NCBI GenBank assembly: GCA_964483475.1
Contig: CAZAAH010000001.1
Location: 1 to 58,268 of the forward strand
Reading direction: 5' to 3'
Length of the DNA stretch: 58,268 nt
From: an uncultured Candidatus Saccharibacteria bacterium
GTDB lineage: Bacteria > Patescibacteriota > Minisyncoccia > Minisyncoccales > Staskawiczbacteraceae
Positions 17,481 through 26,250 of this stretch are shown one piece after another; the stretch's first letter is position 1; every line of letters starts with the position of its first letter. A model generated the notes under the pieces. That model was not told where the DNA came from. It did no database searches and was given only the letters and a program-made list of their open reading frames with translations. The translations under genes were made by a program, and so were the position numbers.

Positions 17481-17511
17481 AATAAAAAAAGACGAAACTA
17501 TAAATTCCGTC
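17481..17511 (-). terminator. Intrinsic terminator of the NYN-like gene
   Basis: On the minus strand, GACGGAA-TTTATAG-TTTCGTC is followed by TTTTTTTATTT. The hairpin overlaps the stop codon. Confidence 0.7.
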
Positions 17512-18076
17512 ATTTGCTTTTATTGGGTGAAAAGTAATGTATTAATTCTTCGCCTGTTTTGGGGTGTCTGGCCGCAATTTTTATCTGTTGATATACATTT
17601 GAGAAAGATTCTTGGCTTCCTGGAGCAAAAGCAATTTCTATACCCATATTTCTCTTTAATCGCCACAGAAGCGGAGAGTAGTCCAAATCTCCCGCAGCTA
17701 GACAGAAATATCTAGTTTGATCTGCAAAAATTTTTGCTAATTTTTCCGTATGATAGGTAAGATGATTGTCCACATTGTCCGTTAGTTTGCTACCAATACT
17801 AACCTTAGGACAATAAACATACCCAAAAAGAAATTCTTCTTTGTATTCCCCCCATAAGCCATCCCATAATTGATCATTCAAGGATTGATATGTCCTTGAA
17901 GACAAATAAATGTGAGCACAAATTATTTCACTAAAGCCTTTGATCCATTCGAACATATTGTGAAATCCTGCTCGTGTACTGTACCCTTTGAATTCACGAC
18001 CTTCTTGAGCAGAAGATATTAACAAATTATCTAAATCAATTGCGACTATCACACCATTTTCGGTGGTTTTTTCCAT
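17510..18076 (-). CDS. NYN/LabA-like (PIN-type) RNase-domain protein
   Basis: It contains VIVAIDLDNL at the N-terminus, DNVDNHL, and CLAAGDLDYSPLLWRLKRNMGIEIAF. These match the NYN layout D.DN ... D ... sGDsDf.pl...lr..G..v. Confidence 0.6.
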   Translation of the reverse strand: MEKTTENGVIVAIDLDNLLISSAQEGREFKGYSTRAGFHNMFEWIKGFSEIICAHIYLSSRTYQSLNDQLWDGLWGEYKEEFLFGYVYCPKVSIGSKLTDNVDNHLTYHTEKLAKIFADQTRYFCLAAGDLDYSPLLWRLKRNMGIEIAFAPGSQESFSNVYQQIKIAARHPKTGEELIHYFSPNKSK

Positions 18077-18141
18077 TAAATTACCTTTCTTTTGTTAAAA
18101 TGACAAAGTACATTATTTCCTATTTTTATTTCCGTTTTTGT

Positions 18142-18170
18142 ACTTTATAAATATTTTTAAATTTTGTCAA
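18142..18170 (-). promoter_or_regulatory. Sigma70-like promoter of the NYN-like gene
   Basis: On the minus strand, TTGACA (18170-18165) is separated by 17 nt from TAAAGT (18147-18142). The -35 sits in the U-tract of the upstream terminator. Confidence 0.45.
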
Positions 18171-18213
18171 ATAAAAAGAGGCGTTGAGAGAGAACAATTC
18201 TCCCTCAACGCCC
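18168..18213 (-). terminator. Intrinsic terminator of the MYG1-like gene
   Basis: On the minus strand, stem GGCGTTGAGGGAGAA / TTCTCTCTCAACGCC has one G.U pair on that strand and is followed by TCTTTTTATTT. Confidence 0.8.
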
Positions 18214-18231
18214 TTTGCCTCTAACTTTTCG

Positions 18232-19299
18232 TTAGCTAGCCTTTGCTTTTTGCCGAAAACGAATTTCCCGGCAACGAGCAAGTCCGTAGCAGTACCACGG
18301 ACAAGGACTGGCTGCCGTTGAGTTGCACACGCCCCCAAGGCAAGTGCTTTGGCGAGCTGGCTCAAAGGCTTTGGGGTCCAGCCCCGTCTTCACGATTTGG
18401 ACAACCTGCTCCAAATCAAGTCTGGAGCGCGGCGTATCCGGGGCGCTCGTTGATCCGTTGAGAATCATTTGCCCCTCCTCGTGAAAATACCACTCAGGAC
18501 ACCCCGGAACCTTTCCTTCAGATCTCAGAGCGTCCCAATCGGTTGTCGCGACTTTCCCGACCGCCTTCTGTTCCTCAGCTCGCAACATCGCGACAACGTC
18601 ATACATCTTCAGACCAAATCGTTTGGTCGTGAAGATCTGGGTACTGTTGGCCAGAGGATAGTCTCCCGGCGGATGCCTTTGGATGACAACCGCTGCGCCA
18701 CGGTTTCGAGCTGCCTTCGCAAATTCTTCGTTGCTCGAAACTCCGTAGACGAGCATCAGCTCGCACCTTGGCCCCCTGACAATTTCCGTCTGACTACTCT
18801 CCTGGACTTCTTTCTGGGCGACCAAGAATCTTCCTTGCTCTTGGTATTTAGCGTCCAGCGCGTCCATTACCCATTTGATTACCTTCAAAGGCTCATTGGC
18901 CTGGTGAAGTGTCTTCACCAGAGAGGCCAGATCGAAGGGGTGGTTTCCCCCCTTCAAGTCGCCTTGCTCAACGAACCTCAGGATTTGCTGAAGTTGGGGT
19001 TCTTTTTCAATCCCCAAATCCTGTGCCACTAGGGTGGTGGCGCATCCTTCTTTTTTCTGCTCGTTTGGGCCGGGATGTTCGTCGAACCTTCCCCCACCAA
19101 CGCCGATGGCCAGCGTTCCTGCCGCCTCGGCCTCTTCGGGAGAAAATTCCAACAGATCCTCCCCGCCCATTCCGCCCAGCTTCCACTCGGCTTCTTTGAC
19201 GCCGGGATATTTTTCTTTCCCGAAGCGCAAGAGCAGCCACAGGGCCGCAATTTCATCGAGGTGCGGCCTTTCGTGCATCACAACCTCCTGGACAATCAT
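18232..19299 (-). CDS. MYG1/UPF0160-like metal-dependent hydrolase, GC-rich gene, Cys-rich C-terminus
   Basis: It contains VMHERPHLDEIAALWLLLRF, IGVGGGRFDEH and WYFHEEGQMILNG, which parallel the MYG1 motifs H.G.FH.DE, DVGG.YD..HH and F.H..GFIGG. I prefer the ATG at 19299, which has GAGGAGGAAAG upstream. The track start at 19317 is the alternative. Confidence 0.55.
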   Translation of the reverse strand: MIVQEVVMHERPHLDEIAALWLLLRFGKEKYPGVKEAEWKLGGMGGEDLLEFSPEEAEAAGTLAIGVGGGRFDEHPGPNEQKKEGCATTLVAQDLGIEKEPQLQQILRFVEQGDLKGGNHPFDLASLVKTLHQANEPLKVIKWVMDALDAKYQEQGRFLVAQKEVQESSQTEIVRGPRCELMLVYGVSSNEEFAKAARNRGAAVVIQRHPPGDYPLANSTQIFTTKRFGLKMYDVVAMLRAEEQKAVGKVATTDWDALRSEGKVPGCPEWYFHEEGQMILNGSTSAPDTPRSRLDLEQVVQIVKTGLDPKAFEPARQSTCLGGVCNSTAASPCPWYCYGLARCREIRFRQKAKAS

Positions 19300-19379
19300 C
19301 TTTCCTCCTCGGAGCATTGCCCCAAATTGAAGTTTTTTTTAAGAACTGCACCAAGAAGAACGTCTCCTTAGTCCCTTCT

Positions 19380-19408
19380 ATAATATAACATTAGTTATAT
19401 CATGTCAA
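19380..19408 (-). promoter_or_regulatory. Sigma70-like promoter of the MYG1-like gene
   Basis: On the minus strand, TTGACA (19408-19403) is separated by 17 nt from TATTAT (19385-19380). Confidence 0.6.
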
Positions 19409-19420
19409 TAGCCAGCTGTA

Positions 19421-19446
19421 ATAAAAAACGGCGCGAGGCCGTTTTG
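19421..19446 (-). terminator. Intrinsic terminator of rpsA
   Basis: On the minus strand, ACGGC-CTCGC-GCCGT is followed by TTTTTTATT. Confidence 0.75.
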
Positions 19447-19448
19447 AT

Positions 19449-20549
19449 TTACTTTTCTGTGATTAATTTCAAGCTCATTCGATGTTCTTTGGGCTCAATC
19501 AGTAAAATTTTAAATTCGTAGGTTTCGCCAGCCTTCAAAGACTCCTGCATTTGGTTTTGAGAAGCGAATTCAGAAACGTGGCACAAAGCCCGTATCTGGG
19601 GCGAAACTTCCACAAAAGCGCCGAAGGGGTTCAAAGAAATCACTTTGCCTTTTATGGTGTCTCCCTTTTTATATTTTTTTTCAACTTCCTCCCAGGGATT
19701 TTCTTTTAATCTTTTCAAAGAAAGGAATACTTGATTGTTATTTATGTCTATGATTTGAGCTTTGACGTTCTCGAGGACTTTTACAATTTCGTTTGGGTTT
19801 TGAACCAGCTGCCAATCCAATTCCGAAATGTGTATCAAGCCTTCAATTTGGAGTTTTTCATCGGTTTCAGACGAAGGAAATTTTATAAAAGCTCCAAAGT
19901 CGGCGATGCCGGTTATTTTCCCTTCAACAACATCTCCCTTTTTATAATTTTTGAGAATTTCTTTGACTGCTTGTTCTGTTTTTGCCTTTTCAGACAATAT
20001 TAATTTTCCTTCGCCGGCTAACAAGTCAAGGATTTTTACTTCCAATGTTTTGCCGATGAATTTTTGCAATTCTTTTAATATTTTTTGCTTGTCGGCGTCT
20101 TCAACCCTTGGATAATTTTCGCTTGAAAGCTGGGAAACCGGCAAAAATGCAGGCAGACCATCAATGTTGGTTAAAAGCCCGCCTTTGTTAACTCCGGTTA
20201 TTTTAACCGGTATGATTTCTTCTTTTTCTTTCATTTCTCGTATCCTCTGCCAGCCCAACTCTTTGGTTGCGTCTCTCAAGGAAAGCTCAACATAGCCATC
20301 CTCGTTTTCTAACTCAACCACTTTTGCCCTAACGGTATCTCCCTTTTTTAAACTTTTAATTACCTCTTTTACCTCGTAAAATTCTCTGCCGTAAATGATA
20401 CCGGTTCCCTGCGGCCCCAAATCAACAAAAAGAGATGACCTGTCTCTGGCCACCACCTTGCCTTCTACCAAAGATCCAACAGAAAAAGTTTGACCTATAT
20501 CCATCTGGCTCTGGGCTTTATTTTCTTCTTTTACACTAATCATAAGCAT
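19449..20549 (-). CDS. rpsA: 30S ribosomal protein S1 (short, about 4 S1 domains)
   Basis: It shows repeated S1/OB motifs (G..V.G.V......G.FV.L....G..H.SE). Confidence 0.85.
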   Translation of the reverse strand: MLMISVKEENKAQSQMDIGQTFSVGSLVEGKVVARDRSSLFVDLGPQGTGIIYGREFYEVKEVIKSLKKGDTVRAKVVELENEDGYVELSLRDATKELGWQRIREMKEKEEIIPVKITGVNKGGLLTNIDGLPAFLPVSQLSSENYPRVEDADKQKILKELQKFIGKTLEVKILDLLAGEGKLILSEKAKTEQAVKEILKNYKKGDVVEGKITGIADFGAFIKFPSSETDEKLQIEGLIHISELDWQLVQNPNEIVKVLENVKAQIIDINNNQVFLSLKRLKENPWEEVEKKYKKGDTIKGKVISLNPFGAFVEVSPQIRALCHVSEFASQNQMQESLKAGETYEFKILLIEPKEHRMSLKLITEK

Positions 20550-20626
20550 AATGATACAGAATATTATTTTTTTTGCAAGTGTTGAAGATAAAAATTATTT
20601 GTGATAAACTGGAAAAATAAATTGCT

Positions 20627-21283
20627 ATGGCTAAGGTAACTTGGGCCGGACAATCTTGTTTTGAGATTTCGGTTTCAAATTCAAAAGATCACTCGGCCAA
20701 CATTGTCATTGATCCGTTTTCAGATATTGGATTAAAAATGCCCAATTTTGAGGCCGATATTTTACTTGTTTCCCATAGCCACGAAGACCATAATAATATA
20801 AAAGCAGTTAAGGGAGATTATTTTTTGGTTGACGGGCCTGGTGAATACGAAGTCAAAGGAGTTTTTATCCAAGGCATTGATTCTTTTCACGACGACTCTC
20901 AAGGAAAAGAAAGAGGCAAAAATACTATGTATACCATTGAAGCAGAAGGAATGAGGTTTTGCCATTTGGGAGATTTCGGCCAAAAAGAATTAACTGATGA
21001 GCAATTAGAAAAAATTGGGGCGGTTGACATTTTGATGATTCCGGTTGGGGGCGAATATACTATTTCGTCTCACGAGGCCCAAAAAGTTATCGGGCAAATA
21101 GAACCTAAAATAGTAATTCCTATGCACTATGCTTTGCCAAAATTAAAGTTTAAATTGGATGAAGTTGATAAGTTTTTAAAGGCAATGGGCAAAAATTCCA
21201 TTGAACCGCAAGATAAGCTAACCGTTAAAATGAGCAACTTGCCAAAAGAAAAACAGACAGAAATAGTAATTTTAAAACCTTGA
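20627..21283 (+). CDS. MBL-fold metal-dependent hydrolase (UPF0173-like)
   Basis: It has the motif LVSHSHEDHNN. The protein is 218 aa. Confidence 0.8.
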   Translation: MAKVTWAGQSCFEISVSNSKDHSANIVIDPFSDIGLKMPNFEADILLVSHSHEDHNNIKAVKGDYFLVDGPGEYEVKGVFIQGIDSFHDDSQGKERGKNTMYTIEAEGMRFCHLGDFGQKELTDEQLEKIGAVDILMIPVGGEYTISSHEAQKVIGQIEPKIVIPMHYALPKLKFKLDEVDKFLKAMGKNSIEPQDKLTVKMSNLPKEKQTEIVILKP

Positions 21284-21618
21284 AATACGAAGAAATTAAA
21301 AAATTTATAACAAAACTTCAAAGTTTACCCGAACATCAAAAGAAATTTATTGCCCTTTTGGTTCTTATTTTTTTTGGACTGATATTGGCAGTACTCAATA
21401 TTAATCCCACTAAGAAAAGTATTTCAAAAATAGAACAGTCAGTGGGGTCGATAAATCTTTCTGGGTCCAATGACAACCAGCCAGAAATAAATGCTCCAGA
21501 AAATACAAATTTTGACGCCAATATGCCAAATATGGGAGCCAGTGATTTTACTTCAGAACAAAACAAAACCAATGTAAATAACGAATATAACGAAACACCA
21601 AAAGAAGTGCCAAAATAA
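21280..21618 (+). CDS. Hypothetical membrane-anchored protein (112 aa)
   Basis: The TTG start overlaps the upstream stop. It has one TM helix and an N/E-rich tail. The call is weak. Confidence 0.4.
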   Translation: MKYEEIKKFITKLQSLPEHQKKFIALLVLIFFGLILAVLNINPTKKSISKIEQSVGSINLSGSNDNQPEINAPENTNFDANMPNMGASDFTSEQNKTNVNNEYNETPKEVPK

Positions 21619-24090
21619 ATGGAAACAAAAAATAATATAGGAAAAGTAAATAAACGGGAAGTAGTTGAAGAACTCAAAGAGTCCTACATTGATTATGCAA
21701 TGTCGGTTATTGTTGCCAGAGCCCTGCCGGATGTCCGAGATGGTTTGAAACCTGTCCATAGGAAAATTTTGTATGCCATGAATGAGCTGGGCCTAGGATC
21801 TTCAGCAAAATTCAGGAAATCTGCGGCTGTCACGGGAGATGTCCTAGCAAAATATCATCCCCACGGAGATGTAGCCGTATATGACTCAATGGTCAGAATG
21901 GCCCAGGATTTTAGCTTGAGGTATCCACTGATACAGGGCCAGGGCAACTGGGGATCAATTGATGGAGATTCTGCGGCCGCCATGCGTTATACTGAAGCCA
22001 AATTATCAAGAATCGGTGAATTAATGTTGCAGGACATTGAAAAAAATACGGTTAACTTTACCGATAACTATGATGGGACAAGGCAGGAGCCCACTGTCCT
22101 ACCCGCCCCTTTGCCCCAACTTCTATTAAATGGTTCTTTGGGAATTGCCGTTGGCATGGCAACAAACATCCCTCCCCACAACTTAACCGAACTAATAGAG
22201 GCCGTCGTTCACCTGTTAGACAATCCAAAAGCTGAAACGCCCGACTTATTTCAATTCATCCAAGGACCAGATTTTCCAACTGGCGGAATGATTTACGATC
22301 AAAAAGAAATTATTTCGGCATATTCCCAGGGCAAAGGCTCAATCATCGTGAGAGGAAAAGCTGAAGTTGTATCAAAAAAAGACGGCTCAGAGCAGATTAT
22401 CATTACCGAGCTTCCCTACCAGGTTTTAAAATCAGCGCTGGTTGAAGAAATGGCAAACCTAGTTTCAGAAAAAAAGGTTGAGGGTATAAGAGACATTAAA
22501 GATTTATCAGACAGGCAGGGGATGAGCATTATCATTGACGTTAAGAGGGGATTTGAGCCCCAAAGAGTCTTAAACCGCCTTTATAAATTTACCAATCTGC
22601 AAAAAACTTTCCATTTGAATCTTTTGGCTTTGGTGGACGGAATCCAGCCAGAAATTCTTTCCATTTTAGATGTCTTAAAATATTTTATAAAGCACAGAAC
22701 AGAGGTTGTTACCAGGAGAACCAAGTTTGATTTGGAAAAAGCCAAAGACAGAGCCCACATTTTGGAAGGGTTAACGATAGCTCTTAAAAATATCGATGCC
22801 GTTATCAATCTGATAAAGAAATCCAAAGATAAAGATGAAGCAAAGGCTAACTTGATGAAAAAGTTCAAGCTTACTGAAAGGCAAGCCGTTGCCATTTTGG
22901 AAATGAAGCTTCAGACCTTAGCCGGACTTGAACGCAAAAAAATAGAAGACGAATTAAAAGAAATATTGGAAAAAATCAAAGAATTAACAGCAATTTTGAA
23001 AAGCCCTGAAAAGTTAAAACTTATTATTAAAAAAGAGCTTGAAGAACTAAAAGAAAAATTCGGAGACAAAAGAAGAACAAAGGTTATAAAGCAAAAATTG
23101 GGAGAAATTACCGAAATTGATTTGGTTCCATTGGAAGAAACCATAGTTACTTTAACCACTGGCGGCTACATAAAAAGAATCAATCCTACTACCTATAAAA
23201 TTCAAAAAAGGGGAGGCAAGGGAATTATGGGAATGAAAACCATGCAAGACGACATAGTGGAGCACTTCCTGGTTGCTTCAACCCATGACAACTTACTGTT
23301 CTTTACTGATTCTGGAAAAGTGTTTCAAACCCAAGTTTATGAAATTCCCGAAGGCACCAGGGTCGCCCGAGGCCGAGGCATTTCAAATTTCTTGGAAGTT
23401 TCGACCAACGAAAAAGTTTTGTCTTTGGTCCCAATTGAAAAAACTTCCGTAGAAAAGCCGAGGCTTGAAAAGTTTTTAGTGATGGTTACCAAAAACGGCC
23501 GAATTAAAAAAACTTCTTTAGATGCATTTGAAAATGTCAGGAAAAGCGGAATCATCGCCATTAAGTTGGAAAAGGGAGACCTATTGAAAAAAGTGGTGAA
23601 GACCAGCGGCCAAGATGATATTATTTTGGTGACAAAAAACGGTGCTTCAATTAGATTTAAAGAGTCGGATATCAGGCCGATGGGGAGATCAGCGGCCGGG
23701 GTCAAGGGCATAAGCTTGAAAAGCGGAGACGAGGTTATTGGAATGGACGTAATTGTCAAAGATGATTCAGATAAGAAAACAAAAAAATATCTCCTGGTGG
23801 TGATGAATAACGGTTATGGTAAAAAAACTGAAATTTCCCAATACAGAATGCAAAAAAGGAGCGGATCTGGTATAAAAACCGCCAAAGTTACTAGCAAAAC
23901 CGGCAACATCGTTTTTTCTTGCCTTTTAAATGAAACGACCGAGGATCAAGATTTAATAGTCATATCCCAAAAAGGCCAAGTTATAAGAACGGCTATAAAA
24001 TCAATTTCTGTTCTTGGCAGGGCAACCCAGGGGGTTAGGATAATGAGGCTGGATGAAGGAGATGGGGTTGCTTCGGGGTCTTTTGTTTAA
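21619..24090 (+). CDS. gyrA: DNA gyrase subunit A
   Basis: It contains [25 protein letters not shown] and AAMRYTE, plus C-terminal beta-pinwheel repeats. Confidence 0.97.
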   Translation: METKNNIGKVNKREVVEELKESYIDYAMSVIVARALPDVRDGLKPVHRKILYAMNELGLGSSAKFRKSAAVTGDVLAKYHPHGDVAVYDSMVRMAQDFSLRYPLIQGQGNWGSIDGDSAAAMRYTEAKLSRIGELMLQDIEKNTVNFTDNYDGTRQEPTVLPAPLPQLLLNGSLGIAVGMATNIPPHNLTELIEAVVHLLDNPKAETPDLFQFIQGPDFPTGGMIYDQKEIISAYSQGKGSIIVRGKAEVVSKKDGSEQIIITELPYQVLKSALVEEMANLVSEKKVEGIRDIKDLSDRQGMSIIIDVKRGFEPQRVLNRLYKFTNLQKTFHLNLLALVDGIQPEILSILDVLKYFIKHRTEVVTRRTKFDLEKAKDRAHILEGLTIALKNIDAVINLIKKSKDKDEAKANLMKKFKLTERQAVAILEMKLQTLAGLERKKIEDELKEILEKIKELTAILKSPEKLKLIIKKELEELKEKFGDKRRTKVIKQKLGEITEIDLVPLEETIVTLTTGGYIKRINPTTYKIQKRGGKGIMGMKTMQDDIVEHFLVASTHDNLLFFTDSGKVFQTQVYEIPEGTRVARGRGISNFLEVSTNEKVLSLVPIEKTSVEKPRLEKFLVMVTKNGRIKKTSLDAFENVRKSGIIAIKLEKGDLLKKVVKTSGQDDIILVTKNGASIRFKESDIRPMGRSAAGVKGISLKSGDEVIGMDVIVKDDSDKKTKKYLLVVMNNGYGKKTEISQYRMQKRSGSGIKTAKVTSKTGNIVFSCLLNETTEDQDLIVISQKGQVIRTAIKSISVLGRATQGVRIMRLDEGDGVASGSFV

Positions 24091-24147
24091 CTTGCTTAAT
24101 AGAAATAATCCACAGCCCGTTCATTTAAAAACTGCTATAATGGAATA

Positions 24148-24669
24148 ATGGGAGATTTTCTTAATGTAGAAAATGTATTGCAAAATCTTGATTTGAAGGA
24201 GGATATGTTGGCTGCTGAATTCGGTTGCGGCTCGGCGGCTTTTGCAATTTCATTGGCACAGAAGTTAAAAAAGGGCAAAGTTTATGCTTTGGACATCCAG
24301 CAAGAAAAGCTAGACGCCCTCAAGGGGAAATTATCTTTTAATAACATAAGTAATGTTAGCACAATTCTTTGTGACCTAGAGGCTGAAAAAGGTTCTACTT
24401 TGAGAGATAATTTTTTAGACATCGTTTTAATCCCCAATGTTTTATTCCAATCAGAAAATAAAGCTGCTATAATGAACGAATCCAAGAGGGTTTTAAAGCC
24501 TGGGGGCCAAGTACTTGTTATCGATTGGCTAAAAAAAAATTTGTTCAGTTCTCAGGAGATCGTGAGCCCCGAAGAAGTAAAAAAAATAGCCGAGTCCCTG
24601 GGATTTATTTTTAAAAAAGAATTTGGGGCCGGAGATTATCATTACGGATTATTGTTCACAAAAAAATGA
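24148..24669 (+). CDS. Class I SAM-dependent methyltransferase
   Basis: It has motif I (AEFGCGSAAF) and motif VLKPGGQVLVIDW. Its stop overlaps the start of the first pilin paralog (ATGA). Confidence 0.8.
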   Translation: MGDFLNVENVLQNLDLKEDMLAAEFGCGSAAFAISLAQKLKKGKVYALDIQQEKLDALKGKLSFNNISNVSTILCDLEAEKGSTLRDNFLDIVLIPNVLFQSENKAAIMNESKRVLKPGGQVLVIDWLKKNLFSSQEIVSPEEVKKIAESLGFIFKKEFGAGDYHYGLLFTKK

Positions 24670-24986
24670 AAATATTTGTTTTTTTAACAGTGATTGTTCT
24701 TTTGGGGCTTGCAAGTTTTGCTTTTGCCCAGATTACGCTTCCCAATCCTTTAAACACCAGTTCAATTAAAGATCTTTTAACGAATATTGCCAATGGAATT
24801 GCGGGGATTATTGGATCGTTGGCTGTCATAGTGTTCATATGGGCTGGAATACTTTTTTTAACTTCAGCTGGAAACGAACAGCGGCTGGGTCAGGCTAAAA
24901 AAGCTACACTCTATGCGGTAATTGGCCTAGCCATTGCCCTTGCCGGAACAGCTTTAATCGACTTTATAAAAACAATTTTTAGTTAA
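24666..24986 (+). CDS. TrbC/VirB2-like (T4SS-pilin-like) small membrane protein, paralog 1
   Basis: It has a signal peptide, TM1, a WAGILFLTSAGNEQRLGQAKKA loop, and TM2. Confidence 0.55.
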   Translation: MKIFVFLTVIVLLGLASFAFAQITLPNPLNTSSIKDLLTNIANGIAGIIGSLAVIVFIWAGILFLTSAGNEQRLGQAKKATLYAVIGLAIALAGTALIDFIKTIFS

Positions 24987-25083
24987 TCCACCTATTGTGG
25001 TTGAATTAATTTTAATAAAATATTAACATTAGTTAATAATAAGTCTTAAAAGGTCGACTGTGAAAATCTAACTAAAAACAAAA

Positions 25084-25422
25084 ATGAATAAAAAATTAAT
25101 TGTTTTGAATTCGCTGGCTGCTTTAATTGCTCTTCCTGTTATTGCATTAGCCGCCGATGTAGGGCCTGTACCCAACGCCGTACCCAGCCTTAACGTTGGA
25201 GAAATCGTCGATATTATCTTTAGCATTCTTTGGCCAATAGCTGTAGCCTTTTTCGTAATAATGTTCGTCATTGCTGGTTTTCTATTTGCAACAGCCCAGG
25301 GAGATCCTGAAAAAGTAAAGCAGGCAAGGAACGCTGTAATTTACGGTGTAGTCGGAGTAATTGTGGCTTTGTTGGCTTGGTCGATTGTCTTTATTATCAG
25401 AAATATGCTTCCAGGCGTTTAA
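25084..25422 (+). CDS. TrbC/VirB2-like small membrane protein, paralog 2
   Basis: It has the signal peptide MNKKLIVLNSLAALIALPVIALA and the loop IAGFLFATAQGDPEKVKQARNA between two TM helices. Confidence 0.6.
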   Translation: MNKKLIVLNSLAALIALPVIALAADVGPVPNAVPSLNVGEIVDIIFSILWPIAVAFFVIMFVIAGFLFATAQGDPEKVKQARNAVIYGVVGVIVALLAWSIVFIIRNMLPGV

Positions 25423-25437
25423 CAAGATTCTTTTATG

Positions 25438-25508
25438 GGGCCTGGTGAATAATGTAATATTTGTGTCTTTCCTTGAAATCCATCGAAAGAACATTATTCA
25501 CCGGGCCC
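25438..25508 (+). other. 18-bp inverted repeat (long hairpin) between pilin paralogs 2 and 3
   Basis: GGGCCTGGTGAATAATGT (25438-25455) pairs with ACATTATTCACCGGGCCC (25491-25508). The single non-Watson-Crick position is a G.U pair only on the plus strand. The loop is 35 nt. Confidence 0.6.
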
Positions 25509-25518
25509 TAACAACAAC

Positions 25519-25854
25519 ATGAATAAAAAATTAATTGTTTTGAATTCGCTGGCTCTTTTGATTGCTCTGCCTGTTTCTGTCTTGGCTTTTAATCCCGGCC
25601 CCATACCAGCCACTAACGCCAGTATTAACGTTAACGATATTATTGACGTAATCTTCAGTATTCTCTGGCCAATCGCCGTTGCCTTCTTTATTATAATGTT
25701 CGTCATAGCTGGTTTTATGTTTGCCACGGCCCAGGGAGATGCAGAAAAAGTGAAGACGGCAAGGAACTTTGTGGTCTATGGCGTAGTTGGAGTAATTGTA
25801 GCTTTACTGGCCTTTTCGATTGTCTTTATTATCAGGAATCAGCTTGGAGTTTAA
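25519..25854 (+). CDS. TrbC/VirB2-like small membrane protein, paralog 3
   Basis: Its first ~36 nt are identical to paralog 2 (38 of the first 40). The loop is IAGFMFATAQGDAEKVKTARNF. Confidence 0.6.
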   Translation: MNKKLIVLNSLALLIALPVSVLAFNPGPIPATNASINVNDIIDVIFSILWPIAVAFFIIMFVIAGFMFATAQGDAEKVKTARNFVVYGVVGVIVALLAFSIVFIIRNQLGV

Positions 25855-25880
25855 TTCGAAGAGTATTTAAAAGATATATA

Positions 25881-26234
25881 ATGAGCAAAAAAACAGTTGT
25901 TCAATTTGTTTTGGTTCTGCTATCAACTTATCCAGTTATTACTCTGGCCCAGGTTGTGTTACCGAGTATACCAGGAGAGTATGGGGGAACTATTGGTGGG
26001 ATAGTAGATGTTGCGGCAGATGTAATCTTGACTGCTGTATGGACCATAGCTGTGACCTTTGTGGTTATAATGTTTGTTCTGGCTGGCTTTAAATACTTAA
26101 CAGCCCAAGGAGATCCAACAAAGGTTTCTGAAGCTCATCGAGCAGTCATATGGGGATTAGCTGGAACGGCTGTTATTGTATTGTCTTGGTCTGTAATATC
26201 AGCAGTTAGACTTCAATTTGGTGGACTTACATAG
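25881..26234 (+). CDS. TrbC/VirB2-like small membrane protein, paralog 4
   Basis: It has a signal peptide and the loop LAGFKYLTAQGDPTKVSEAHRA between two TM helices. Confidence 0.55.
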   Translation: MSKKTVVQFVLVLLSTYPVITLAQVVLPSIPGEYGGTIGGIVDVAADVILTAVWTIAVTFVVIMFVLAGFKYLTAQGDPTKVSEAHRAVIWGLAGTAVIVLSWSVISAVRLQFGGLT

Positions 26235-26250
26235 TAAACGCCAATTTAAA

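Noticed and set aside
15383-17485. Plus-strand ORFs of 150-190 aa (15383-15952, 16502-17011, 16974-17318, 17030-17485) inside the GC-rich island.
   Set aside because: GC-rich DNA keeps several frames open. The minus-strand 706-aa frame is continuous and has an SD, a promoter and a terminator. The plus-strand ORFs have none of these and are mutually overlapping.
18126-18365. A 79-aa minus-strand ORF overlapping the 3' end of the MYG1-like gene and its terminator.
   Set aside because: It is an alternative frame of a GC-rich gene, it spans the terminator hairpin, and it has no RBS.
19007-19371. A cluster of 75-98-aa ORFs on both strands over the 5' part of the MYG1-like gene.
   Set aside because: They overlap each other. 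Their Arg/Pro/Gly-rich translations are typical of wrong-frame GC-rich DNA. The long frame carries the recognisable motifs.
24667-24669. An alternative genetic code (UGA recoded), as in some candidate phyla.
   Set aside because: TGA terminates well-defined genes at the expected length, for example the methyltransferase at 24667-24669, the GT2 gene at 33306-33308 and the NYN-like gene at 17510-17512. Conserved proteins show no in-frame TGA. The code is standard (code 11).
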